A stretch of DNA of 64,000 nt from Octopus bimaculoides. Taxonomy: Eukaryota. The stretch lies in NCBI RefSeq assembly GCF_001194135.2, contig NC_068998.1:45404309-45468308 (forward strand), given 5' to 3'. A model generated the notes under the pieces. That model made no database searches. It was given only the letters and a program-made list of their open reading frames with translations, and was not told where the DNA came from. The translations under genes and the position numbers were made by a program. Shown here piece by piece: positions 51,363-63,815 of this stretch. Each line of letters opens with the position of its first letter. The stretch's first letter is position 1.

Positions 51363-54300
51363 TTATGTGAGAGTTTGTGTATGCTCGTGTTTGTGTGTAC
51401 ACGTGTGCGTGTGTATGCATGTGCATGTGGGTGTGTGTTTGCATGCATGCACATGCGTAAGCCAGTTGATGTGTTTTATAGTTTTATCTCTTGTTGTTTT
51501 GCTCTTCTTCTGCATTTTTATTTTCAATTAGTTTATTGCAAATTCATTAGACAAATAATTTCAATTATTTTTTTTACAATTTGTGAACCCAGTAATTTAT
51601 TGTATACTTGGCATGTGTTCACATTCTCCAAGACTGAAATGTCTTCAAGGATTCTTTTCTGAGATTGCCATGTTTTATTAAAGTTCCTTTCTATTGAAAT
51701 TAATTTCATATCATTTGTCTTGTGCATCCATTTTCCATACCTATACTGCTATATTGCTGAAACTTGAAGACATTTTCGTCTTTCTAAATTTGTGTTTAAA
51801 TGTTGTATTTGTAAAATGTTCATTAAGACAGGTTTATTAAGCTAATGAACACACCAGATAGTTTAATGCATAATGTCACACTAAATATATAACCAAGGTT
51901 CATTTAGACATGAAGGGCTTTCTAGTTGTATTTAAATACTTTGTGATGTCAGTTAACTTTACTTTCTAAAAAGTACATTCTTAATTATATTTGAAACGCC
52001 AAGCATTCAAATAGTCACATTTTTCCACTTCAATCAAGACAAAATAACTATAAATTGGTTATTAATTATAGATTTAGTGTAGTTCTGTTCATTTTCTGGC
52101 AATCAAAAGAAAAAAAGGCAAAAAAAAAACCACTATTATGACCACTACAGGAGATCTAACTGTAGGCCTGAAGAGAAGTGACAGACATTATTGTGATCGA
52201 AATATGGACAACACTCATTGTTTAATGACAGTGTTTAAGGATAATGAATGTGTTTTCTCTTGAAACTGATGTCTCGTTTGTATTGTTGATAAACAAAGAT
52301 TTGCAGTTTCTATCCTGACAATTCTTACAATGTATCTTATTAATAGCTATACTTTTATATAATGGAAAAAAATGTCACTAGAAAAAGTAAATAGATCAGT
52401 ACCTTTTGATCATCGAAAAGATGTCTAATTCTGGAACATTCTTAGGTGAAAAGCTACAGAACAATTGTATAAGTGTATTTCATTTGAAAGGGGTCAAATA
52501 ATGAAGCAGACAGCTTTTAAAGAATTCATCAAGCTAAAAATGTTGGTCCCTTTCAACACGTATAAATATAGTGCAATGGATAAGCTAAAAGCTGAGACAC
52601 TACTTATACAAGCGGGAAACATTTAGAAAAGCTTTCATGCTAAATAGCCTCATATATTTCATAAATATATTATTTCTATGTTGATAGATTTACTTTTGTT
52701 TTTTTTTGTTTTTTTCTTCTCTCTGTTTTGATACTGGTGTACTTTGTTTTATATTTGTTGATAGTTTTCATTGTTGCTGCTGTTGCTATTATTTTATTGT
52801 ACTCACACTCATATATATATACAAACAGATATACTCCTACTTGACTTCCTTACACTCTTAGTCCATCTTTTTTAATACCACAAGAGTTTCCTTTCTACTC
52901 ATCCAAGAAATGAAGCTTAGTTCAAGATACATCTTTCAATTTATATTTTTCTTCTACAAATTTAAAAAGAAATCCAGTATTTACATCATTATATGGAAGT
53001 GTGAACATGAATTTTGTAGAGTTTGAAGCATATAAAGATGTTTTATTTTACTTTTATTTATAATTTTGTATTGATATATTAGACAGAATATGTTCTTCTT
53101 AAATTATTTTGCTAACATTTAGAAGTGGCCTTGAATATATTTCCTTTTGGGTAAATAAAATTCCATTGATTCGATAAGGTTAGTTAATAAAACACTTAGA
53201 AGTAAATAAATAGATTGAATTTTAAAGAAGGAAGCAAATTTAATAAGTTTTATTAGCTGTTCTTCTTAACTGATGATAACAAAGAAATAAGGTCTTTATG
53301 TCTGTCTGGAGAAATATTCTAGAAATAATAAGACTATGGAATCTGAACAGACTGATTTATATAGAGCTTTGAGAGAGGTAATTTGCAGTATGCCATCTGA
53401 AGTGATGTGGCAGTAGGCATGAGCTTACTAGTATCACCATAATTAGGAGCTCATTTGCAGGATCCCATACATTAAAATGCCATATCTGTAAAGGAAGAAG
53501 AATTCAAGTTAATGGTGTAGACACGCTTATGGGTGATGTTGTACGAGTTGGGGTTTAGGAGAAATTAGAACAGTAGTTAGGGTGAGTGGAAATATATGTC
53601 AGACTGATCATTTAAGCTTTATGTCACTGCAATAATTTGATTATTCTTTTAACAGTACTTATTGATACTTCTCAATATTTTACTCCATGCAAACCACTCT
53701 ATCAGATGACATATTATATACAACATTTAGCAAGGAATGATTCTTTATCAATATTGTTTCCAGTGTTTTATACTAATTGATTTTTACTAAACATGAATTG
53801 TAAAATGTTTGACAGTTTTAAGATCAATGCTGGTAGTCTCATAACACAAATTATCTTAATGCTCATCGGCAAGGAAAATCAATGTTTAAAAAATTCTCAT
53901 CTTTGAACAAGTACTGAAATATGTGGAGACAATATTTGGAGAGAAGAGTTTTCTAAATTCTAGGCACACAGAAAGCTGAATACTCAATATCGCTCCAAAA
54001 ATACACTTCATACGAATGTTTAAAACTGTGAATATAGCTTTAAATATTCAGAATATGCAGTAGTTCTTAACCATGTATGTACATATGGTGAGACCAACCA
54101 AGCAACTTTGGTAAATATAATATTAATGATAAAGCATATCTTTACCGTTCACTATAATTAAGGTGATTTCTTTTCTTATGAATGAAGTCCATTGGGAAAA
54201 CAATGGTCTTCAGATTAAGTAGTTGGGCTGTTTGTCTTCTCTACCTTGTGACTTCATTTTCAATTGATACACAAAAATAAACTGACTTTTCCTGTTGTAT

Positions 54301-55424
54301 AATTTACTCTGTCAAAGGAGGATTGGATTGAGAATATTAAAGGAAAAAACCTTTATATACAATAACTATTTCTAACGTAAGCTTTTGAAATTTAGAGAAG
54401 AGAATACTTAATTATACTGATCTATCTACAGGTGCAGTCTCAGGAATTTTACAAAGGGAGGGCACAAGGTCAAAAGGGAATACAGTTCCAGGAGAAAAGG
54501 GCATAATAACATTATTTAGAAGGCCACGCTTCTTTTCTTGAAAAGTGGGGAGCACCTCTCCCTTCTTAGACCTGATCTACTTAGACTGTTAGTTTATTTT
54601 ATCGATTAAAATTGGCAAATTTAACCTTTGCAGAATCTAAACTGAAAATATAAAGAGATACAACTAAATTCTGCAAAAGCCTATTATCAGCCAAGTGAGT
54701 TATGACATGCAATAATGCTTAGAACATTTGAGAATATTTCTAATTTTAGTAGACAACTTAACTGCCCAAAATATTAGAGTACACCTCACTTCAAGCTAAT
54801 GAACTTACTGAGATTTTTATTAATTTATATATATTTATGTTCAAATTTTCTTTTCCTGAAACACATTGTATTTTAATACTCCAATAATTGATCTTAATCA
54901 TGTTTTCTTTTATATAATTTCTCAGTTTCCAGTTTCTGGAAATTGAGAAACCATTTAATGATTAACTGTCATTTTCTCTGTCTATGTAAGAAATTAATCT
55001 ACGCTGATTTATCACTCAACTTACAGATGAAACCATCTTTGAAGACAAGTCTACAACATACATTTTCTCCTTCAATACCTTCTGTTTAACTAATTATTAT
55101 CATAACTATAATTGCTTATTTTATTTTTGGGAGGTGGCAAATGTAACACCGGACTTCATAGAATAACAATCACACAAAACAGCTGTTCAATGTAAATACT
55201 AACAAATTAAAGCAATTGAATGAAAATATTAATATGAATCCAAAATGTTTGATTAATGTTGAGAAAGATACCTTTTATTTTTTTTAAGTGAAGAGACCAA
55301 TATATAGCCAGCAGCTAGCAACTCCACAGGCAATTTCCAGTTACTTTTATGTATTTAATCACAGATTTTCTGAACACTGTTCAGTTATTCATTACATATG
55401 TTTTCTTTCTTTTCTTTTCCATAG

Positions 55425-55494
55425 GAATGTCCGACAGGTATAGTGAACGAAGATACATTTAAGGACATTTATGCTCAATTTTTTCCTCAAGGAG
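55425..55494 (+). CDS. KCNIP: KChIP coding exon, 70 bp: ECPTGIVNEDTFKDIYAQFFPQG (EF-hand 1, non-Ca-binding CPxG loop)
   Basis: Long pyrimidine tract plus ATAG acceptor (55423-24) and donor GTAAGA (55495); phase 0 in, phase 1 out, continuing the frame of exon 12455-12579. The CPxG motif is diagnostic of neuronal calcium sensor proteins. Absent from the ORF track because it is short. Confidence 0.96.
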
Positions 55495-56420
55495 GTAAGA
55501 ATAGTTAAGTTATTTATTTGTAAAACAGTATGACTATCAAGGCAATACAATAAAACAAAAAGAGCAGCTATTATATGAAATTTTAAATATTTTAAATTAA
55601 ATGAAAATTATATTTATGTACAATCTCACAGAGCCAACATTTTCTCTGTTAAGAAACTCATAACAAAACAAACATTTTCTAATATCTTGAATGAGTTCTT
55701 GTTTTCCATGACACTTTCTTTCCTCTTATTCTTGGAATATATAATTATAAATCATACGCACACTATATATATTTATATGCAGCAGAGTTGTTAGAACATT
55801 GGACAAAGTGATTTGTGGTATTTATTTCAGCTCTTTACATTCTAAGTTCAAATCTCACCTTTTACAAAAGTAACACATTAACGGCAGTCACTTTTACAGA
55901 ACCATTTTCTCCGGGTTACTAATTAAAAAGGAATTGCTGCTGATAGGAAATTTCAAGTTGGTTTGGTTAATGAGTGATAAATGAACACAACATTCCTGGG
56001 ATTATCATCTGAAATATGTATATAAAAAAAACAACATAAATAAATTTGTATTAAGATTCTCTTAAGCAATTATTTCATCCAGGGGCAGAGACAGTGTTTG
56101 GATAGCTTCATGGCTTTAGTGAAGCTATAGTTCAAACACAGCATAAAGGACAAATAAAACAATTGAAAGACTTTAAGAAAAATTGCTACCATATATTCAC
56201 ATGTGTGTGTGTGTGTGTGTGTAATGGATTTATGTATGTAGTACAAACAAACTTTGGAAATGTCATTTGTATGTGTTGGTATTTTACAGACAGGAAAGAA
56301 AATTTCAAATGCAGGAAAATAGATTGGGCAGCAGAAATAGATTGAGCATTTACCCATATAAGACAGAAAAAGTTGTCTGCAGGTGGCTATGGCCAGCAGG
56401 CAGCTAAACAGCATCTAACA

Positions 56421-56493
56421 GGAGCCATTTAGCTTAATGGTAGAGCACTCAGCCAGTATCTGATGGGTACAGGGTTCAATTTCTGTAGCTGCC
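56421..56493 (+). pseudogene. tRNA-Thr(AGT)-like pseudogene or SINE head followed by a T7 tract
   Basis: D arm GCTT/GAGC, anticodon arm TCAG-CCAGTAT-CTGA, T loop GTTCAATT; acceptor and T stems are imperfect and position 33 is C; TTTTTTT at 56504-56510. Confidence 0.5.
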
Positions 56494-56899
56494 TGCTAGC
56501 AACTTTTTTTCTGTCTTATAAGGGTAAACACTTAATATTTCTCTGCTGTTTTCACAGCTATACTACATTTAAAACTTACTTTCTTGTCAGTAATATATAT
56601 TAAATATATATTTATTTAATTCCTTGTAGCATATGTATCCACTTTTTATTAACTTGTTTGCTTCTGAATGTCTCTGTTCTTTTTTTTTTTTTTTTTTTTT
56701 TCTGAAATGATCATAGCTCTATGTAAAAACTTGAAAGCTGCAGAAACTTTTTACTTTTTTAAAGTTCATCTTAGTTTTACGTCTTTACTCTCACCGTTTT
56801 CTTAAGCATGGGACAGTTCAAAACCTACAGGGGTCTCATTAGATATTTTTTCCATCGAGACATTCATATAAATTCCACTACCTTTTCTACATTTATTTT

Positions 56900-57205
56900 A
56901 TGTGCAACCCAACAATCTCCTTAACATTTTGTATTGATTCCTCAAAATCCAGGAAGTCTGCATTACAGTACAGATAGATTTTAGTCCAAACAAGAGCATC
57001 ATGGTTGTTTTCACATCTCACCATGCCTCTGTCAAATTTTCAATAGCATTCAAAATTTGACAATGTGGTAACCACCAAATAAATTCTTTTACAGTAGATT
57101 TAGCTTCACCATCTAAGAATTTAATAAACTGCTTAAAGGTGTACCATAAGATATAAGCCTTGAACATATCAGTGACAACCTGGTCCGAAGCTGGTGGTGT
57201 CTGGA
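56900..57205 (-). mobile_element. pogo/Tigger-type transposase remnant
   Basis: Minus strand reads DQVVTDMFKAYILWYTFKQFIKFLDGEAKSTVKEF...ILNAIENLTEAW*DVKTT, resembling the DQG-I--FKAYYL...I-NI--AW segment of Tigger DDE_1 domains. Confidence 0.7.
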
Positions 57206-57223
57206 GGTAGAAAAGCTATTTAA

Positions 57224-57464
57224 CCCTTTAGCATTCAGATTATTCTGTTAAATGTAATGCTTATTTATTCAAATGTAATGCTTATTTATTCACATTGTTC
57301 TGAATTAATCAAGCATCATCTTGTAGCTTTGAGATTTTCATGATGTGACTGCTTATTTTTAGAAGGACCTTATAGGGTAGGTGTGAGAGGTTGCATCTGG
57401 CTGGTTTGAACAAAAAGCATGTAAAATATTTAGGCTGGATATGGCCAATTTAAATGCTGAAGGG
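57224..57464 (-). mobile_element. piggyBac-like MITE with an internal 21-bp duplication
   Basis: TTAA at 57220-23 and 57465-68; AAATGTAATGCTTATTTATTC twice (57250-57291). Confidence 0.8.
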
Positions 57465-58565
57465 TTAAACATTAACTATCAGGTATGCTAAAGGGTTAAA
57501 CATTAACTATCAGGTCATCCTGGTTATATTAGTGACTCAGAGTACTAACTTCAAGAAACAAGGATTTATTCCTAAGATTCTACTTGATCAAACAACTGAA
57601 TGTTCATACATCATTTTCAATAGAAAACTCCATCATATCATCTTTTAACATGTCTTCTATACTGGCATGGATGGACTGTTTGAAGGAATCTAACAAGGTA
57701 AAGGACTGTATATTGTTTCACTATCTGCAGGATTTCTATAGCTAGATGTCCTTCGTAGCATCCCCCGTCAACACATACACACACACACACACACATATGT
57801 GTTAGAAGAAATAAATCTACTTGAAATATAACTTTCTTGAGGTGACATGAATAAATATTAGATTAAGAATTTAACTCTTGGATTCTATGACTACGTAGAC
57901 AAATATTTCTGATATCCTTCTCTGACAAACGCAAAATATATTTTGGTAACAAGAATATGACTACAAAGAATCAATGCAAGTAGATATTAGCTTTATATAT
58001 TTACTGAACTGAAATTGATAAATTACCGAAAGTGGGAAGAACATTTTCCAATTTTAAAGAACCTACGCAATTTAGAAGACGGTAACATGCTACTGTCTCA
58101 ACATTTTATTACAAATATATATTGAGACACTTCACTGAAATACAGTAATGTTTCTGACTGCAACAAATGTTATCTCTCCGTAACTTCAACATTCATCCTT
58201 TCATATATTTCTTGTTTGTTTTAAAATCAGTTTTAGTGATACAAAGCAAACATTATCTTGTTATACACCTCAGATGTATAACAAGATGATATTTTTAAAT
58301 ATTACATGACATTATTCCAATGAACACTTTTGCTGACCATTAGCAAAATATTTCGACAAATTATTTGTTTAACAGTAATTTATAAAGATATTAAACAATG
58401 CTTTGTCATGCGATTGATTTCTTGGGGTTTTTATCGTTTCCAAAACTAAGCTAAAATCTAAGAATGAAATATCATTCTAATCTTTTCATTCACATGTCAT
58501 ACAGAAATTCCTTTCCACATGTAGGATTATTTATCTTACATTAGCTTCTGTCCTTTCCATCTCCC

Positions 58566-60991
58566 CTTTCATTAGCTGCAGATTTGGTTTTTCTATTCTC
58601 TTTAACGATATACAGTTCTTCGTCCTTCTCAACCGCACTTCCAAGACTTAACATTGTATAAAGGGCCCCTGAGCCATTACACAATTCTTTTCATCACATT
58701 AATGCCACAAATAATACATAAGTATGGGGAAGTAAAAGAATCTCTAAACCACATATTTGTTCCTTCCTCATTTATGAGCAAGCAGAAAAAATAACTCGTT
58801 TCTGTAACAGTTTATTTTATCCACTCTTATTAGTAACCCAATGTTCTTAAACAACACTTCTTTTATCAACCTCTTTCTCTCTTTCTTCCCCCACTAATCT
58901 GCATGTGTAGAATTTTACTGCTAATATAATTTAGTATATTTTCCATTAAAAAATTTGCCACGGCCTGATTCACTCAGCTTTCAATTAAAATGTACAAAGT
59001 TATAGCTATATTATTGAAGAATCATAAATATTCAGTGAGTCAGGTTTTGCATAAAGACAAAGCAAACTAAATGATTTAATTACAGAACAGAGGTGATGTA
59101 AAGATTAACTGTATAATGTTCAGGAAAAGTCTGTTTATCTTTCATAAAATCTGTGAAATCTAACTGTTTTAGAAGGTCAAACATCTTTTCATTACAGTAA
59201 AATATAAAAGTTGTGATAAAATTATGTTAATTGATCTTTTAAAAGATTATACAACTAAATTTACTTTACAAAACTATTGGAAATATTATAGGAAAATGTT
59301 ATCAGTTAAAATAATGTAAAGTTACTGAATGAAATTATTAATGCAGTCTACTTGAAGCTGTATGCTACACTCTGAATACCAAATACTACTTCCTTACATA
59401 AGCACAAAGCCTAAGAATTATAATGGAAGCATAATATGGTGTTATTATAGCTAAGCCATTCACAATGGTATTAACAATATAAGTGAACTGGTTTCAATCT
59501 GGAATTGAAACTGAGTCACAACTTATAGACTCAACTACATCAGATAATAATAAATTTGATTCATTTCTCTGATTTCATTTTATTGTAAGATTCAAGACAT
59601 TTCAGTGAATTTATTTTTATTAAATAAAATTATTCAATTTTCTTTATATTTTCTTTCGAGACTGATTTAACAATAATTCATTAGATAATTTCCTAGGGAG
59701 GAATATTACTGAAGGAAAATCAATAACAGAAACCGTTTCTAAAGGACTGTACAACAATGATCTTTTGTAACATACTCTTGAGATATATCTATCAGATTAC
59801 AAAGCTCATTCACATTGTTGCTGCTGACAAATTTATAACAACAACATCAACTACTACTACTACTACTACTACTAATAATAATAATAATAACATCAGCAAC
59901 AATGATCAGAAGTAATATTGGTAAAAATCAATGATAGCTAGACTAAATAACTTTTGCAATATAAGTTTTTGGTATTGTGTTTAGTTCTGAATTGTTAATG
60001 CAAAATTTAAATGTTTCCTTCAGATATTTATTTACAGAGCTTAAATTCTATCTTATATCAATGTTAAATTGATTAAGAGAAATCTTTTGGTTGTTTTTTT
60101 GCATTTAAATTCAACTCAAAAGATTTTTTTTCTTGACTTTTTGTAGTTTTCAAAAGTTTGGCTTTCTAGTAAAAAAAATACAAAAATTTCCAATAAAAAA
60201 GAATAATCTATACTGATATCTATAATAATTTACTGCCAAAACATTTTGTTGTAGTAGTCCAACTTTTATTTGAACCTTAAATCATTTTATAAATCTCAAC
60301 AGCTAAGATATAAACTGAAATAAATAACAGTTATTGATATTGGCTACAAATTTTAGTACAAGGCCAGCAATTTCAGGAGAGAGAATAAATCAATTACATC
60401 TACCCCAGTGCACAACTGGTAGTTATTTTATCAACCCAAAAAGGATGAAAGGCAAAGCTGACCTTGGCAGAATTTGAACTCAGAACATAAAGACAGATGA
60501 AAGCTCTTAAGCATTTCGTCCAATGTGCTAATGAGTCTCCCAGCTTGCCCCCTTATAACTGTTATTGATATTTACAGCAAATAGTAAACACAGTTAATCA
60601 CCTACAAAATTAAGCCATAACATAAGTTTGATTCTTATAGTGAGTGATACCACATTTTTAACATTCTAGAGACAGCCATAAACATCACAACTTCATTTTC
60701 AAAAAGAAGAAACATTTTATTTTGCAATTGTGAATATTTTCTTTAATTCTATCTAGCCAACCTCCTTTTTCAATCCTTCCTCAAATCTAACAACTCTATC
60801 ATTTCCTATTTTATATTCTGTTCCTATCTCTCTTGCCATTTCTTTCATCAACATCTGATTGGGCTTTACTATTCTCTTTAACAATGTATGCCTCTTCATC
60901 CTTCTCATCTTCACTCCCAAGGCTTAATGACATTGTATTAAAGGCTCTGAGATATGACAATTCTTCTCATCACATTAATGATACAAATATT
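58566..60991 (+). repeat. Dispersed direct repeat of about 150 bp (58566-58713 and 60842-60991)
   Basis: Shared CTATTCTCTTTAAC, TCCTTCTCA, ACATTGTAT and ACAATTCTT.TCATCACATTAATG. Confidence 0.75.
60345..60550 (-). mobile_element. SINE family D copy
   Basis: GGATGAAAGGCAAAGCTGACCTTGGCAGAATTTGAACTCAGAAC is the reverse complement of family D. Confidence 0.8.
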
Positions 60992-61853
60992 ACTTATGAC
61001 GAAATAAAATGATATATAACATACTATAATTTCTGCAGGATAATGTCTTATGAAAGCAGAGAGAGAGAGAGAGAGAGAGTTCAAAACAGTTACATTATGC
61101 AGAATGTTAATTCCATATTTTCAGGAGAAACAGACGTAACTGGATGTAATGTATATAAAGAATTTAAAGGATGTTGTACTAAATGAATTAGGTGAAAGCA
61201 TGAGAAAGACAAAAACCCAGCAATAATTGATAGTGACCCCCACTTCTAAAGAAAAGGGGAGACAATCACAGTTTATCAAGAATTCATAAAATTAATTCAT
61301 ATGCTTCAGGAATAATCTTCGTTTTCAGGCAAGGTGACAGCTACAAACATATTTGGATTTTATTGGACTTTGCCAGTGAAACATTGCCATAATCAAGCCT
61401 ACTGATCAAGGGATCTTGCATTTATACATCTTATTGAATTTAAATATTGAAGACAGATTTCATTGGAGTCTATAATCTGGTTTGGAATTCTACTTCAATG
61501 TATCATTAATATTGCTACTGTTAGAGAAAATTGACATGGTTATCACAATTTGCATTTTTTTTGCAACAAACACAAAAACCTGTACAAGAAGTATTCTAGG
61601 AAGAAGGCCTTAATTAATGAAAATAGCTAACATGAAACAATTTTTTATTTCAGTGCTCTTAATTAAAAAAAAATATGTACTTCTTGGTTTTGATCATGAT
61701 CAGAACATGAGGATTGTAATGATTTAGTGTGTGTAGGAATCATATAAAAACTATATGTGTGACTCTGTGTAGAATTGTGAGTGTAACATAATATAAAGCT
61801 TTTACTGTTTCTTAATATTCTAACCATTCCTATTTTTTGTTTATCTTATCCAG

Positions 61854-61924
61854 ATTCCAGCAATTATGCACATTATGTATTCAATGCATTTGACCATGAC
61901 CATAGTGGCTCAGTTAATTTTGAG
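61854..61924 (+). CDS. KCNIP: KChIP coding exon, 71 bp: (D)SSNYAHYVFNAFDHDHSGSVNFE (EF-hand 2 loop DHDHSGSVNFE)
   Basis: Acceptor ttttttgtttatcttatcCAG (AG 61852-53) and donor GTAAGA (61925); phase 1 in, phase 0 out. Shows the D-x-D-x-S-G-x-V-x-F-E EF-hand pattern. The remaining exons lie beyond the window. Confidence 0.96.
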
Positions 61925-63179
61925 GTAAGATTTACATCTTATAAATGCATCCAATATGTTTTCCTTTAATTTGCTACATTCCCTACCACTGCCAACAAAC
62001 ACACACATACGTGTACACCATGGTAGAGAAAAAGTTTGAGATGGATTTAAGACACTGTTTTCTTCTGTAAAACTTGGTTTCATGGCATGTGGAAAAAGGA
62101 TGAAAGTTACTTTGAAAGTTAATATGCAACAACTACTTTCTATTTCGTTAGTAACGGAAACACTCATCTCTTTCAGCTTACAAGTTAAGTAGTATCTAAT
62201 TTAGTAAAGGTGAGTGGTGCACAGTAGAGTTAATCACTCAATAATTGCTAATTACATTACTAATGACCTTGAGAAAGAATGAATATCACAATTCTCAGGT
62301 AATTATCCTCTTAAATCAATATTACTAGTTTGTGCTTAACAGCTGATGTTAAAAGTGAAACATTTATTATCGCATATATTTGGAGCTGACTAGTAATTCA
62401 ACACAAATGTGTCTGACTATATATTTACATTTTATCCAGTCTGTGTTTCTAACGTCCATGCTGTAACATTGATAAAATGAACTTAAACTACTAAATGCCA
62501 TAAGATCAAATATATTGTAGAACTTTAGAAAGAAAAAGAAATCCTTTACAAGGCTTTCTTGCAACAGTTTGTAGTAAATGTGTGACAAGATGAGTTAATA
62601 ATAAAAAAAGAAACTTTATATATTCATTAGCTTTAAGTAGACTCAGAGAAAATGATGTAGAAGTATACTTTGAAAACAAACTAGCTTATTGATGTGTTGC
62701 ATTAGGATTCGTAGAGACAATAACACATATCGAGTCTAATTAATAAACATACAAATAATTACTGACATAGTTACTGACAACATGCATTATGATTGTGTTT
62801 CTAAGTTTAAAAAAATTTCATATCAAATAAATTAACATCATTAACAAACTGATCAGAGTAACAACAATATTAATAATGATTGCAGGCAAAGAAATAATAT
62901 ATTTAATTTTGGTGCCATATAGAGCTGGGGGGTTTTTTTGTTTTTTTTTAAACATTCTGCAAAAAATAAATTAAGTTCTGAAAATATTGACCTTTTTGTG
63001 ATGTGTCAGAGATGATGCTTTTACTTAAATGTAAAGTGATAATTCAGAACTGTGTCACAAGAACTGTGCCCTATCAAGACTTCCAAAATTGAGGTGTAGG
63101 TTAAACCCCAGTGCAATACATTAACATTATTTCTAAATTACCAATTTATTATTATGCGTAAAACTAATGAGTTTTGCTA

Positions 63180-63815
63180 AAAAGTTTCAGCCACTTTTTT
63201 GACCAGTAAACATCAAGCAGGGAAAAGATTAGGCCAATGAGATGGTGGAGAGGCCTCTAGCATTTTGGGACACTGTCATATCCTCTGATGAGTCCAGATT
63301 TGCTGTATCTCTTGACAGTGGTCGAGTGTGGGTCTGGAGACAGTGATCAAGAATTTGATGTGAAAAGATTGCAGCCAACAATGAAACATGGCAGCTATTC
63401 TGTGATGGTCTGGAGAGCAATTTGGAGCAATAGTCAATCAGAGCTGGTGGAGTGTGAGTGAAACATAAACTCAGATAAGTATGTGTCCATATTGTAGAAA
63501 GGACTCCTTCAAATCTTCTCCAGTGGTGAAATGATTAAAGAAGACTATTTATGGAAGATAGGGCTCTTTGTCACATGGATAAAACGACCCAAGATTTGTT
63601 GTATGAGAATGGCATTAAAAAGCTACCATGGCCAAGCCAGTCGCCAGATATGAACCCTATTGAACACCTCTGGGGTATAATGGACAGGTCACTTCATAAA
63701 AAAAACAAGAAAGCATCTTCAATGCCAAATCTTTTCAGATTACTGCATGAAAGTTGGCAAGAAATTCTGCAAGAGAATATTCATCATCTGGTCAATAACA
63801 TGCCTAATAGGGTCC
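63180..63815 (+). mobile_element. Tc1 (DD34E) transposase pseudogene
   Basis: [12 protein letters not shown] (first D), [19 protein letters not shown] (second D) and WPSQSPDMNPIEHLW (E), with 34 residues between the second D and the E; multiple stops and frameshifts. Confidence 0.9.

Noticed and set aside
50-51727. Dozens of ORFs rich in YI, HT, CV, poly-I, poly-L or X in the ORF track
   Set aside because: They are translations of (TA)n, (CA)n, (ATT)n microsatellites or of N gaps, with no protein-like composition.
52150-52245. CRPEE-like string as a duplicate of the 125-bp KChIP exon
   Set aside because: Immediate stop codons and no splice sites; I found no mutually exclusive exon copy in the long intron.
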